Source: Ascoidea asiatica JCM 7603
Lineage: Eukaryota > Fungi > Ascomycota
Length of the DNA: 38,690 nt
Assembly (NCBI GenBank): GCA_001600695.1
Contig: BCKQ01000016.1
Span: forward strand, 109-38,798
Reading direction: 5' to 3'
Part shown: positions 23,400-35,650 of the stretch, piece after piece
Layout: each line of letters opens with the position of its first letter
How positions within the stretch are numbered: the first letter of the stretch is position 1
Translations under genes and position numbers: made by a program
Notes under the pieces: generated by a model
What the model saw: only the letters and a program-made list of their open reading frames with translations
What the model was told of the DNA's origin: nothing
Databases searched by the model: none

Positions 23400-26300
23400 T
23401 TATGTATCTTCAGAAAAATTTTTCATGCGTACTCCCTTTTTCCAATTCAATCTTCTTATGATTCGCTTTCAAATGCAAATGGTTCTTCAACTTCTGTTCA
23501 TCCTACTGTTATCAATTATAACCAAGCTTTTTTAGATGTTATTAATTTTATTCAAACTACAATAATTACAATTTATACGGCTGCTTTTCCACCTCAAAAT
23601 TCGAATTCTCATAGCAATGTTATTACCAAAAAGATTACTCATTGTCTTGGTCAAATTTCAATGTATTTAGTTTGTGTTTATGATACAAATGTTCCAAATG
23701 ATTTCTCATTGGAATCTGATCTAGCTTATTGCGGTAGAAGTCATATCTCTCACTCTTATGGGAGGTTGTATGTGTATTCACTTTCAAGTATTGTTTGTCA
23801 ATGGTTAATTGGTACTGTTTTCACAAACATTGATATTTCATAAGATATTCAAACTTCTCCTAAAGGAATCTTCAATTATATTTTTACTGTTCAATCAAAT
23901 GCTACCACTAATGAGAAAACCATTGGTGGAATGAATGTTACAACTAAATATTCAAGTGATGTTTTTACGGATATTCTTCTTGAACTTCAACATAAAGAAG
24001 ATGAGTTTACACAATTGTTCAATACTGAATTGGGCGCTTTAAGAACTCGTTATACAATTACTAGACTTAAGTTTGAACTTCAAAAATATCCTCAACTGGC
24101 TATAATTTTAAGAAAAGATTTGCTTAAACATCTTCACTGTTACAAGAAGATTGCTTTTTCAGAAGTAAGAGAAATTATTGTCAAAGATAATTTAAGTCAT
24201 TTAAATTATCCTGAAAAATTTTTTTAGCAAATACTTTTCAATGTTATGGTAAATCTTGTTATTCTTTTGATGATACTGTTAATGCTAATGATACTTCTTG
24301 CACTAAAGATAAATCGTCTGTTGGTAACAAGTTTAAGGCTAACTCTAAGAAGAAATCTTATTGCAAACGCTGCAAAGTACATCATCTCCGGGGTCCCCAT
24401 ATTAATGGTTATGATATTACTTCTGGTAAGAACGCTTCCTCTTCTGGTGTGGCATCTAAATAACTATTTTTCGTTCCTATCATAGACTCAGCTGCTTCTG
24501 ATACAATGGTAACTACAGGTCCACAAAAACATTTATTGAATATCGGACCTTCAAATGTATTACTTAGGATGGCTAATGGAACTCGAACTCATACTACTGT
24601 GGTTGGTGTTATTTCGATTAAAACAAAAGATACTGATACTGTGTATACTATTCCTGCTGTTATTGTTCCTCCAATTTATATAAACATTGTTTCTGTTAAA
24701 CAATTGTCTAAGATCTATAACATCTCTATTTCCTTTGATGGTGATGAAACTTTTATAAGAGATAAACTTAATGTTTATACAGTTGGTAAATTTTCTTGAG
24801 ATACAAATTTTTATCAAACAGCTTCTATTGTTATACCAACTGATCATCCTCCTGATATAATATCAGCCAATTAGAATGTTACTATTACTAATGCTACTGA
24901 TTTACTTGAAGAACATTATATAAATGGACATCTATCTGTTTCCACGATGCGAAATATGCGATATAAAACAACTATTGATGATGAAAGAAAGATAAAACAA
25001 TCTGATAATTGTTCTAAAACCCCGATGAGAAACTTAAATCATAAAACTACTGTTGGTAATTTGTGGAGCAGCTAAATGACAACTGTTCGTATCGATAGTA
25101 TTGGCCCTTATACGTTAACTAATAAAACAAAAGAGTGACATGTCATCATTATGGATGATTACTGTAGGTCCAAATCTAGCTTTAAGGTGGCCAATAAAAA
25201 ACATATTGCAAAAACAGTTACAGATACAATTAACTTTTGGGAAACACTTAGTGGACTCAAGGTTGGGGTTGGCAAGAAAGGCAATGTATCTGCATTCAAG
25301 AAGCACGAAATAGGATATACGCTTCCGGATCCAGTTTATAGTCTGTATTTCAATCCAAGATTTAAACGAGGTGTCCAAACATTAAAAGAATAGTTTATTC
25401 ATTAATGCATACTGTTGAAAATAATATAAATTTATTAGAATACTTCAGACCTTACGCTTATGCATATGCTACACAATTAAGCAATCGTTGGTATCAGTCA
25501 TCAGCAAAACAATTTCCACTTGAATTATTTTTAGGTACAAAACCCTCTTTACTTAATAAAGCACCAAAATTCATGCAAGATGCTTACATATTTTATAAAA
25601 CTGATATGGTTCTTGGATGTTTTATATTTTCCCATAACCTTTCAGCGACATATAAATTCCTATTACCTCTCTACCCTATCAAGGAAGTCATTACAGTTGA
25701 TCTCAACAGACGTAATAGTCATCATACTTTAAACAAAATCAACTCTCCGTTTCAACTACATATACTTAACCAAACTCCTTCATAACCAACTTTATTCCAA
25801 TTTTTAATCTTCCTTCTCATATATGCTCTCCAACTTTGCTTTTAGATGATACAAAACAGATAGATGCTACTGATGTTATCGCTCCAAAGAAATATGAAGG
25901 TGCTGTAAAGAATCCTAATTATCGACTGGCCATTGATAAAGAAGTTGAAGCGTTTATAAATCAAAATGTCTTTCAAGACGTTGCATCCATAAATGTTTAA
26001 GGAATTCTAAGGTCAAATATAAATAAATTTGTATGGATCTTTAGACAAAAAAGGATACATTTAAAAATGAGATTACTCGTAAGGCAAGGTTGGTGGCGCT
26101 AGGCAATAGGGAATGTAAATTAACTACTTCAACTGATTCTCATGTTATGCATAAAAGTTCCGATAGACTTTTACTTAAACTCTCTCTTGAATTTAATGTT
26201 CATTTATATCCATTAGATATCAGTGCAGCTTTTGTTAAATCTAATGCTGGAAAACAAATATACTGCTGGGCCTTACCGTATGGAACATCTATTCAAGTAA

Positions 26301-27282
26301 AATGTCTCATTATTAAACAGGGCAGCTTATGGCTTTAAGGATTCTGCCCTATATTTCTATTTTCATCTTTAATGAACCCTAGCAAGTATAATAATTGAAG
26401 ATAACATATTTACTGAAAGTGAATCTCATTCTAATTTTTACTATATTAGTATCAATCATAAACCTATGCTAAGTGTAGGTTTTCATGATTATGATTTCAA
26501 CTTAGTCGGTAACTCCTTTTACTGTTACTCCTTCATTGCGCAACTTAAGAATGTTTACCAGGTAAAACATACTTTCCAACCTGATTATTTTCTTGGCTGT
26601 CATCTTACTAATAAATCAGGATCCATCTTTCTATCACATAAAGATCACATTACTACAGCCCTACAAGAAACAGGTTGGAAATCAATTGCAACTGCTAAAT
26701 CTCTATATCATCTTACTCCTCCAACAGAATGGTCACTCTTAACCTTACATACTATTCCTGATCCACACATAGAGATTCAAGACTTTTAGTTTGGTTATTT
26801 TGGCTAGCTACCAAACCAGACTAGAGATTTCTTTTTATGTCAGTTTGTTCTCTGGTTCTGCTTTTACAGAATTGCTGTTAGCCCAAATCAAACATCTCTG
26901 CCGTTATCTAAAAAACCCAAAGGCTTATGGTATCAGTCGTACTAGAACATCAACAAGTATCAACTTATATTGTGATGCTGGCTTCAATAAAAATACTCAG
27001 CTTTGTTTTATTACAACATTGGGTAATGATAAGATTGATTGGCATAGTTCTAAGTGCAAAGTAGCTGATACCTCAACATATATTGCTGAACTTTAAGGTG
27101 CTACATCATCCATTGATTCTAAAATATGTTCCAAATGTCTTGTGGAAAAACTTTTTAATGATAATAGTCATGTTCCTGGAATTTTAAATGTTGCTGATCT
27201 TTTAACAAAACCATTTCCGGGATCAAAATCCCTTTTACTGTTGGGAGTAGTTAATTTTCAGATAGCTATTTTCTTATATTAA
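23400..27282 (+). pseudogene. pol: Copia gag-pol pseudogene
   Basis: CKRCKVHH (~24362), protease IIDSAASDTM (24485), HYINGHLS, integrase IDSIGP and IIMDDYCR, RT RKARLVALG, LDISAAF and YGFKDSA, RNase H YCDAGF, TSTYIAEL and HVPGILNVADLLTKP. Confidence 0.9.
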
Positions 27283-27431
27283 CTTTTGTTTTATTTTATT
27301 TTTTTAATTTTTATTTTTGTTGAAGTAGTCTACAATTCATTTTTCCAGCCTTTTACCGTTTCTTACTTATTCTTCCGTTTATTTTGCTATCTGTTTTATT
27401 GCTTACTACACGTCTGCTAACTTCGTGTATC

Positions 27432-27441
27432 AATAGGGGGG
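27432..27441 (+). promoter_or_regulatory. Polypurine tract
   Basis: AATAGGGGGG directly before the TG at 27442. Confidence 0.7.
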
Positions 27442-27705
27442 TGGGCCATTTGATGATTCCAGAAATGCTATTCACAATCATTAGGTCCTAACCATGTGAG
27501 TCCCGGAATAGTTTGAGTGGGTTCCGAAGAGACTCACATACATGCGAACTCCAGACTGCTACTGAAAAAAATTTCTCACGCTCTCTCAAACAGAAAAGAA
27601 CTACAATTCTTGATCTGTTTTGTATTTTATATAGAGTTGAATACTTGATGTTTTTCATTAGCCATATAAGCTTTCCCGGTATCTCATCCTTTCTGGTGGT
27701 TTACA
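27442..27705 (+). mobile_element. Putative 3' LTR of the copia element
   Basis: Follows the PPT; homologous to 21980-22236. Confidence 0.6.
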
Positions 27706-30700
27706 AACTTTAATCGGATCCGAAGTAAAGAAACCACTGGCTAACATTGATGCAATTCGGGAAGAACAGTTTACTGCTAGTGACACCAGTGGCTGGTGTT
27801 GGTTCCGGGATTCTACTAATTATCATTTACCGTGAATACACACATTTCACGCAAAGTATCTTCATGCAAATTTCGTGATCAATTCTGCTGGATTTCGTAC
27901 AGTGTTTGAGCTGAGGTGAATGCGTATCCACTGATGGACGCAATAGCACCCGGTGTCTGTGCCACGAATGCACTATCGCCTGATACCGCTACGCTGGACA
28001 TCAACACATCATTGGAACGTTGTTGCCAAAGTTTCCCTAATCTGGTCAGCCGCCATAAATCAGCTGTGGGTTAACTGCGCTGTAGGAAATTCAATAAGTA
28101 AAGCAAATAAATGATAACATGTACTTAATCTAGATTGCTCATGTTGCCTACCATTTATTTTATTTAAACATTTTCTTTTATATGTATATGGCTAATTTCA
28201 TGTTATCCCAAAAATTCATACTATGACAAAAAACAATGTGAAATGTATTGGATTAACTAGTCTTCAATATAAAATTGAGGTGAAATTAGATTGTATTTAA
28301 CTGCTTTAAACTAAAAACTCAAGTAAATTCACAACCAAACTGGACTGATAGTGTAATTGGAACCAATGGAAGTTGTGGAAGTAGTCACAATGGAATATTA
28401 AGTTGTTAAAGAGGAAGCTGTACTAAATGGAGAATAATAAAGAATTGATAATCAATGACTTTGCGAACGAAGTACAACTGGTACTACTCGTATGCGTTTT
28501 AATTCCAAATTATGAAGACAATAATCTATTTGTTGGGATTCTTGAGACATACTGGATTAAATTATATTTTGTTAATTTAAAAATTATTAGGGTTATTGAA
28601 AACTGATGTGAATAGGCTAAATAAATTAATAATAAAAACTATGTATTAATATATGTAAAATGGTAAGTATAATACTCTATAATTTGAAAACTATATAATA
28701 CAAAACGAATATAAAACAAAAACAGACTTGTTTATATACTTTCAAAAAGAATAAAGAAAAAAAAAACAAAAAAATTAGGTAAAATTTTAATATTCAAAAT
28801 AAAAATTACTACGTAGGAAACGATTTTTAAAGAACTTATAAGCATAATTGGGATAGCCCCACAGGTATTTAAAACAGTTTGGAAGTGTTTTTGAGACATC
28901 ATAATTAATGAAATGATTGTTGAGATATCTTTATCCACTAAGCCTTTTTTAGTGAATTATTTTTGCAACCAGTTAAAACACGCAGCAATTTCCAAAAATA
29001 TATGATTTAATTGAACGATACTCCACCAATCAAATATTTGAGAAATACATAAATATAGTTTAAATAATGTTCGAATAATCCATATTAATTAACAATTAGC
29101 CGCCGATCAGTTTAGACCATTAAGAAAATTGACAACATAAGTTGTAAAGTAAAAAAAAAAATAAAAACCATGTCAATAGTAAAAACATTTTATTAGTTAT
29201 AGATAACCTTGTTTTAACACAAACTGTTAACCATGGAACTGAAGCGATTTTAAAACCTTAATTTTAAATAAATTTTGCACAAAAAGTAACAACAAGTGAC
29301 AACAACGGACAACCCCAAGAATTTTTGGAAATACAATATCCAAACTTACGTTTTTGAATAAAAGGAAATTTAAACTTGCAGTAAAAAAATCTAAAAGTAA
29401 AAAACCAACTGACCTGAACTGTTTCTGCGTGGGAGCCTGGCACCACAGTTTCAACAAGATAACTAACGAGATACATTTAGTAGTACTATCTACATCTCAC
29501 TGACAACAGTCTTAATAATCTACTCCCAAAAACATTACGCTACGCCGTTCGTTAAACGTCCCCGATCTCATGTTTGATTAACCGTCAATGCGTGTATCCT
29601 ACATGGGCCAATTGTAGCGTATCGTGGCCATGTCTTCACAAATTAGCGCATTTTGTTTGATCAAGCTTGATTTACCTATCATTTATTATAACTGGTTAAT
29701 TGAGCACTTACTGCTCTACCTATGACGGGAATGGTGAATAAGAACCTAACGGCAAACACAGAACAATAATATAAATTTGAGGAATAATCATATAAATTTT
29801 TTTCATGTAAAAATAAAAATATTCGAAGGCGAATGCTGCGCTACCGATGTTCACTAATGATGCGAACGAGTTGTTGTATAGCACTGTAAAACAATGCCAA
29901 ATCAGGAACTCTGGTTAGTCATCCTTCATGAAAATAATAGCAGTTTCTCATGGTAAAGCACTTGGTGTATATTAAAAATTCCGGCCCTTAAAAAATGTGA
30001 ACAGTTGTACCTTACGGTGTAAGATTCTCAACAATCCTACTCACCCAATACCATAATCAATATCACCATGTGTCGTCCAGTTAATAAATAGCAGCTCTAA
30101 ATGCTTACTATGAAAAACCAAAGGTACAACCAACGAAGTGTAATAAAAAGGGGGTGATCCAAAAAATTAGATTGCTTATTTTAAGTTTACCCTTTAATAT
30201 ATTGATTTAAAATCTATTATTGTTTATTCAGTTTGAGCTCTCAACAATGCTTAAAACTTGATTAATTGCTGCTTAATGCTTTGATAATTTAAAATAATAA
30301 AAAAGAAATAAAAGAGTATTTATATATATTTCTACAGCATCAACAATTAATTCTTTTAAAACAATATCCATCATTTGCATGTGAAATCACTTAGTGGTAT
30401 CTGCCAAATTTGCAGCCTCAAAATCCAACAATTTTTATCTCTCAGTTTTAACAACAGTGTTGAAGCTTACAATTTTAACAATTATTTTTCAATTTTATAT
30501 TTTACAGTTTTACAATTTCAACAATTTTCCTTTTAAGTAGTTTTACTACGATTTAACAATTTTGAAAACTTGACCTATGAGACTAATGTATTGAACATTG
30601 GTAATAATAGTTCTGTTTGTGAGAGACTTAATTGTTGTATTTAGAGGCTGAAAACTTGACCAAGAAGGCGAAATTGTTGCTTTGGTGGAGTTATTATGTA

Positions 30701-31370
30701 AAAATACAATATTAAATTGAAAAAAGTTTTACTCGCAGGCGTTCCATAGAGATGGCGTTCATTTGATAAACAAATAAAAAATGTTAAATGATAGGCTGGG
30801 AATATATACAGAAATTGAAACCGTGGACGGTTAAATGACAAATTGAAGAAACTGATTTTAATGTAATGTGAATCGGTTCCTTACAAACGGACCCACCAGG
30901 GCAAGTTTTCACAAGTTGTTGTTTTGGTATCCGAAATCCTAAGGGTCTGTCAGTGAAGCTTTCACCTCAATGACGTCGTAAATGTTTAAGAAAATAACAG
31001 TACAACTCTTACTTGGGTTCACTTAAATCTGCGATAGAGAAAAAAAATCAGTAAATTTTACTTTTCTGTAAACCTGAATGTAAATGCAAAAAACGAACCT
31101 GTGTCATGAGATAAATGCAGCTTAAGGTTAATTATTCACGGTGGTCAAAAAGTGATACTCATTTTGGTACTAAAAGATAAACCTAAGTTTTTTGGTAATA
31201 TTTACCAAACCCTGCTGGTCCGCGTGTAAACCCAAGATTAGCTAATAACCATCTGATTCATTTGTCCGCATTACCAATTCGCAGGCGAAATTTGAGATTA
31301 ACCAAGCAACACGGGTAAAACTACTGAATATTTGCTACCGTGGCAAAGTTCCAAATGCAAAATCACACTT

Positions 31371-31640
31371 TTAGAGAACTTCGTGATAATTACAAAGTTC
31401 TTATGAAGTCCCGCAGGGTACTCCGCATTTTTGTAAAATTGTAAAAGTTTTGAGAAACTTGTTTGTTTTGCTAAGAATTTTGTATTACTTACAAAGTTCT
31501 TACTAAATGTGAACAAGATCCCGCATCTTTGTAAAACAGTTACAAAGTTCTTAATAATGTTAAAATATTGCAAGAACTTTTGTAATAATTACAAAAGGTT
31601 TTTATACATGAGGAAATTTCCGCATCCTTGTAAAAAAGTA
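31371..31640. repeat. Three ~99-bp degenerate tandem units, each with a palindrome
   Basis: AGAAYTTYGT-N6/7-ACAAAGTTCT-type palindrome at ~31375, 31474, 31573; CCGCATYYTTGTAAAA at ~31423, 31521, 31620. Confidence 0.8.
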
Positions 31641-32532
31641 GTCAATCGCTAATAAGACCAAATTTCTCAACCCACCACAAATGGCGAAAGTGTGTTTGAG
31701 TGACCCAGATAGTGTTTTTGTGTAATTGACAAAAATTTACAAATTTCGAATTTACTTTTCAAATATGATTTTTATCAATGTAATAATTTTGCTATAAAAA
31801 AGATAAAAAAGAACATATATTTAATAAAAAGAATATATAAGGAATAACAAGCAGAAATTTAGGAAAATATCTATATAATATATATTAATAAGTTAATAGT
31901 TAATTAAAATGAATTGAATTATAGTATGTGTTAATATTTAATTTCAATCGAATAGTATAGTAAATCATAAACTTTTAAGTTAAATACAAATTTCAAAATG
32001 TCTAATTTAGAGGAGGGTAATAATCAATACTTAGCTCCATTTAGGGCAATTTTCCACAAATTTCTTTTTTATTAAGCGGAGTTCTAACGGACAGTCCCTT
32101 AAGACTCTCCTTAAAGAGCCTCTTAAATTTTATCAAGTTTAAAAGAGAAAACATGAACAAAATCACGTTTATTAATGTTCAAATGGAGTAAAAAAAAACA
32201 GCTTGAAGCCAGATTTACGGGTAGCTCAAAAGACCAGTCGCGAAACTCATTGCACCCGAAAAAAAATATTAGTAAATATTAAAATCTTGAAATATTTCCC
32301 AAACAAACATTTTATCTAAACAAATGTCAACAAAAGATTTAATAAATATAAACAAAGAATTTAATTAATCTGTTTTTAATAATTCAAAATTTAATGTATA
32401 CTTTATAACCAATGAGTATTATAAAATTTGAAAGAAAAAGTCAATTCTGGCTTCTCAAAAAAGCTGGTATGAATTTAACTTCAAACTTTTATAATATATA
32501 AAGGTTGAACTCAATTTTTAAAGTATTCAAAG

Positions 32533-33435
32533 ATGGTCATATCCTATTTGGAAGAAAAAATTGAAAAGGCAAGTATTATTCAAGCTTTACGAAAACGTCA
32601 AGTTGCGCTAGGTCAACTTCTCACTTATATGAGAAAACAAAAGGTGAACAGCAAAAAAAAATTACGAAAAAGATTTTCATTAACTGATGTCTCTGAAGGA
32701 GAAGCATTAAAAGATTTTGGGTTCTCAAAGCAGGAAATAATGATCCTAGTGTTAAAACTTCAAATTCCAACAGATGTTACAAAACCTCAGCATCGATATG
32801 CTGTTAGTTCAGTTGAGGCTTTTTGTATTTACACTGGCCGTCTCAAAGTTGCTGATAGGTACTATGATATGATTCGAATTTTTAATCGATCACCAATTGC
32901 TTTAGCAATTATTTTTAATTCTGTTGCAGAACATATTTTTATAACATTTAATTACCTATTAAATTTATCTAAATATAGCGTATCTCCAAATCAGATTGAA
33001 GAATTAGCTAAAGCCTCAAATTTGTTAAATATGCTGTACCAAAATGTTGTATGTTTTGTTGATGGAAGAACTTATCAATGTTGTGTGCGATCCAGAAATC
33101 CAGATGCATGTTACTCGGATTATAAAAAACATCATGGACTTAAATATCAGCTAACTTGTGGCCTTGATGGTATTATATATGACGTTGATGGCGCAGACAA
33201 AGGACATGTTAATGATCTAAGTCAATTTTCTAGATCTTCTTTACTTCAATAAATTCAAAATTTAAAATACCAAGGGCAGCAACTAAGGATATATGGCGTT
33301 CAAGGATATGCTGCTTATGGTGATATATTGATTGTACCATTCATTAAAGCTGAATGTCGTGGTGATTCTTCTGGAGATAATTTTCGAGTTAACGGTGAAA
33401 TGGCAGGGTTTTCTGTACCCATTGGAAACATTTTT
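32533..33435 (+). pseudogene. PIF/Harbinger (DDE_Tnp_4, HARBI1-like) transposase, truncated
   Basis: CFVDG...YSDYKKHHGLKYQ...DGII...GHVND; the frame continues past TAA (33250) to IYGVQGY and NGEMAGFSVPIGNIF, where conserved acidic residues appear mutated; stops at the copia boundary. Confidence 0.85.
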
Positions 33436-33504
33436 TGTTAATAAATAACAGCAACACCATATTAAGCGGCTACGATAAAAATATGGTTTATAGATCTCCT
33501 TTTG

Positions 33505-35650
33505 TTAATATGAACTGCTTTCTTTTATTAAGCTAAAGAAACGAAAGAGTAGAAAGAAAAGCTTTTTAAATAAACCGGAACGAAAGAAAAAGAGAAATGG
33601 AAAATTTGCCACCTGGACGGAAAACAAGGACACGAAGAAGAGTGACGGACACAGAAAGGAACGGAAAAACAAAAAGAAGGAAAATCCCATAAAAAGAAGT
33701 GTGATGGACACGGAAAGGAACGGAAAAACAAAAAGAAGGAAAATCCCATAAAAATAAGGGTTTACTAGGGTGATTTTAACATAACCAGCTAACATCTGTA
33801 CAACTAGGAAGCGGTTATAAAACAAAGAAAAGCACCCAGAAAAAACCCCAGTTTCCAACAAACCAGAGAGTTTCAAACCACCAAGATTCTTTGTAAAAAT
33901 ATCAGCTGGATTAATTTGACCAGAGATATGAGAAAGATTAATTAAATTATTCGTCAACAATTCATTAATATGTTTCATTCTCTTCAAATAATTTGAAGGC
34001 TCATTTGGTTGTCTCACAAGTAAAAATTTAATACGATCCACAAGTGGTTTATTATCGCAAAAAACATTCACCAGAATTGATGGAAATTATGAATCCTTTA
34101 ATGTAGGTAAAACACTAAAGGTTTGCTCAACTGCTGCGGAAAGTGCCAAAAGTTCTGCATCTTAAGAATGTAAACATGTTGAAGAAATCATGTATAGTTT
34201 GGCTATAGCATAACATTTATTAACAGTGATTAAATAACCAGCGTAGTCGGAGGATACTCAGCTAAAACAAGCATCTAAATAAACATTAACATTGGTAATG
34301 CTATTTCCACTAGATATACTAGGGTACAATTGTATAAAGGATTTTGATGATCGATATAAATATTTGAAAACTTTAAAACATTGTTGAAATGCAAGTTTGT
34401 TGGGATAGGAATTGGATCTTGATAATACTCCAACAGAAAATAAAATATCAATTCTAGTTTCATTAGCAATATAAGCTAAATTTCCTATTAATCTTTGATA
34501 GAACTTAATTGAATTATCAAAGGCAGGAATGTTGGAAACCATAATATTACTAAGATTTGCTTGGGCTCTTTCCAAAGAAACTTTGTCTAGATATTGATCA
34601 CCAAGTAGAGAAGCTTCGCCACTTGGAGGATGAGCCAATAGTGATCCACTCAAAGTAAATGGTTTTGATGAACCATACTTAATTTACTCAAAAAGAGTGG
34701 GACCTAGATAGTCAATTGATTTCAATAAGTATTGAGTAGTTGAACATTCTAAACCATACTTTGTATGATTGAGTTCAAAACGTATAAAATAATTGGGTTC
34801 AGGATTCTTAACATCAAATGATTGTTCCAAATCCTTTTAAAATTGATCTGGATCTGGTACTATGGCAATTATATCATCAACATGGTGTATAAAGTATCCA
34901 ACAGTAGAATTTCCATTGAGGCACAAATCATTGAATGCAATAGGATATTTGAAAGAAATTTTTGATTGCACATGTTTATAGACCTAAAAGGGTGAGTTGC
35001 TAAGACCATATCCTTGCTTAAGAACCTGTAAATATTTTTAGTGGAAAATATCACTGAAAGCTTTAGGAGTTTTCACCAACAATAAATCAGACGTTGGCAC
35101 CGGAGTAGTAAGAAAAGCACCCTTAATGTCAAAAGTGCATAACTTATAGTTTGAATATAGTGACTTAATTAAGAAAACCATAATAGTAACATTCTTCACT
35201 ACTGGACTTGAAGTAGACAAAGACTTTGAACGATTGGGATCGACAAGGAGAAATCTTGCCTTAGCTTTATGGGAATAATTGGGAATTAATTTCCAATTAA
35301 AAATCCAGAATGAAATAATAAATTTAGCATTACTGGGAACAGAAGTATCAAAAGGTTTAAATGCCTTTAGTTGAAGAAACTGATTAACTTCTTTTGTAAT
35401 GGCTGTATTCCAAACTGGTTGATTAAAGGCTTGATCATAATTAATAAGGACTGGAGGGATGGCCTCAGGAGTAGCTGAGACAGGTACAGGAGAAATTGTA
35501 CTGGAATTTTCCACAGTAATTGAACCCCAAAAATTTGGACTATTTAGACCTAAGTGAGAAGTAGACCATATAAAAACATTATGGGGAAGATGATAGTCAC
35601 AGGTAGCTAAAGCACCAAGATATGATCCGTGTGCCGTAATAATCTTATTA
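33505..35650 (-). pseudogene. pol: Copia RT-RNase H, one frame with 7 nonsense codons
   Basis: WNTAITKEV, KAKARF, FDIKGAFL, GYGLSNSP, HVDD, YQRLIGNLAY, YLDA, DAELLA, FCDNKP, HISGQINPADIFTK. Confidence 0.92.
33635..33754. repeat. 59-bp tandem duplication in the copia 3' region
   Basis: GA(C/T)GGACAC(A/G)GAAAGGAACGGAAAAACAAAAAGAAGGAAAATCCCATAAAAA occurs twice. Confidence 0.9.

Larger units (their letters stand above)
21980..27705 (+). mobile_element. Decayed Ty1/copia element with two strongly diverged LTR-like ends
   Basis: gag-PR-IN-RT-RH order; end blocks share motifs at a constant ~5462-bp offset; right boundary approximate. Confidence 0.75.

Noticed and set aside
28100-30400. Host gene or Harbinger Myb partner
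   Set aside because: Only short, stop-ridden frames with no recognisable motif.
31371-31640. CRISPR array (also considered for 8245-8460)
   Set aside because: Repeats are degenerate, intervening DNA is partly conserved, there are no cas genes, and the context is eukaryotic.
33598-33611. TGGAAAATTTGCC as the right Harbinger TIR
   Set aside because: Imperfect, has no TTA/TAA flank, and lies inside the copia 3' region.
33505-33830. Hydrophobic env-like tail on copia pol
   Set aside because: Read-through into a T-rich 3' region containing a tandem duplication.
33505-35514. TAA/TAG reassigned to Gln, suggested by many in-frame TAR stops without frameshifts
   Set aside because: The adjacent 815-codon frame uses CAA/CAG for Gln with no TAR, and a TGA also interrupts RT; ordinary nonsense decay suffices. 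RIP cannot be shown without multi-copy alignments.
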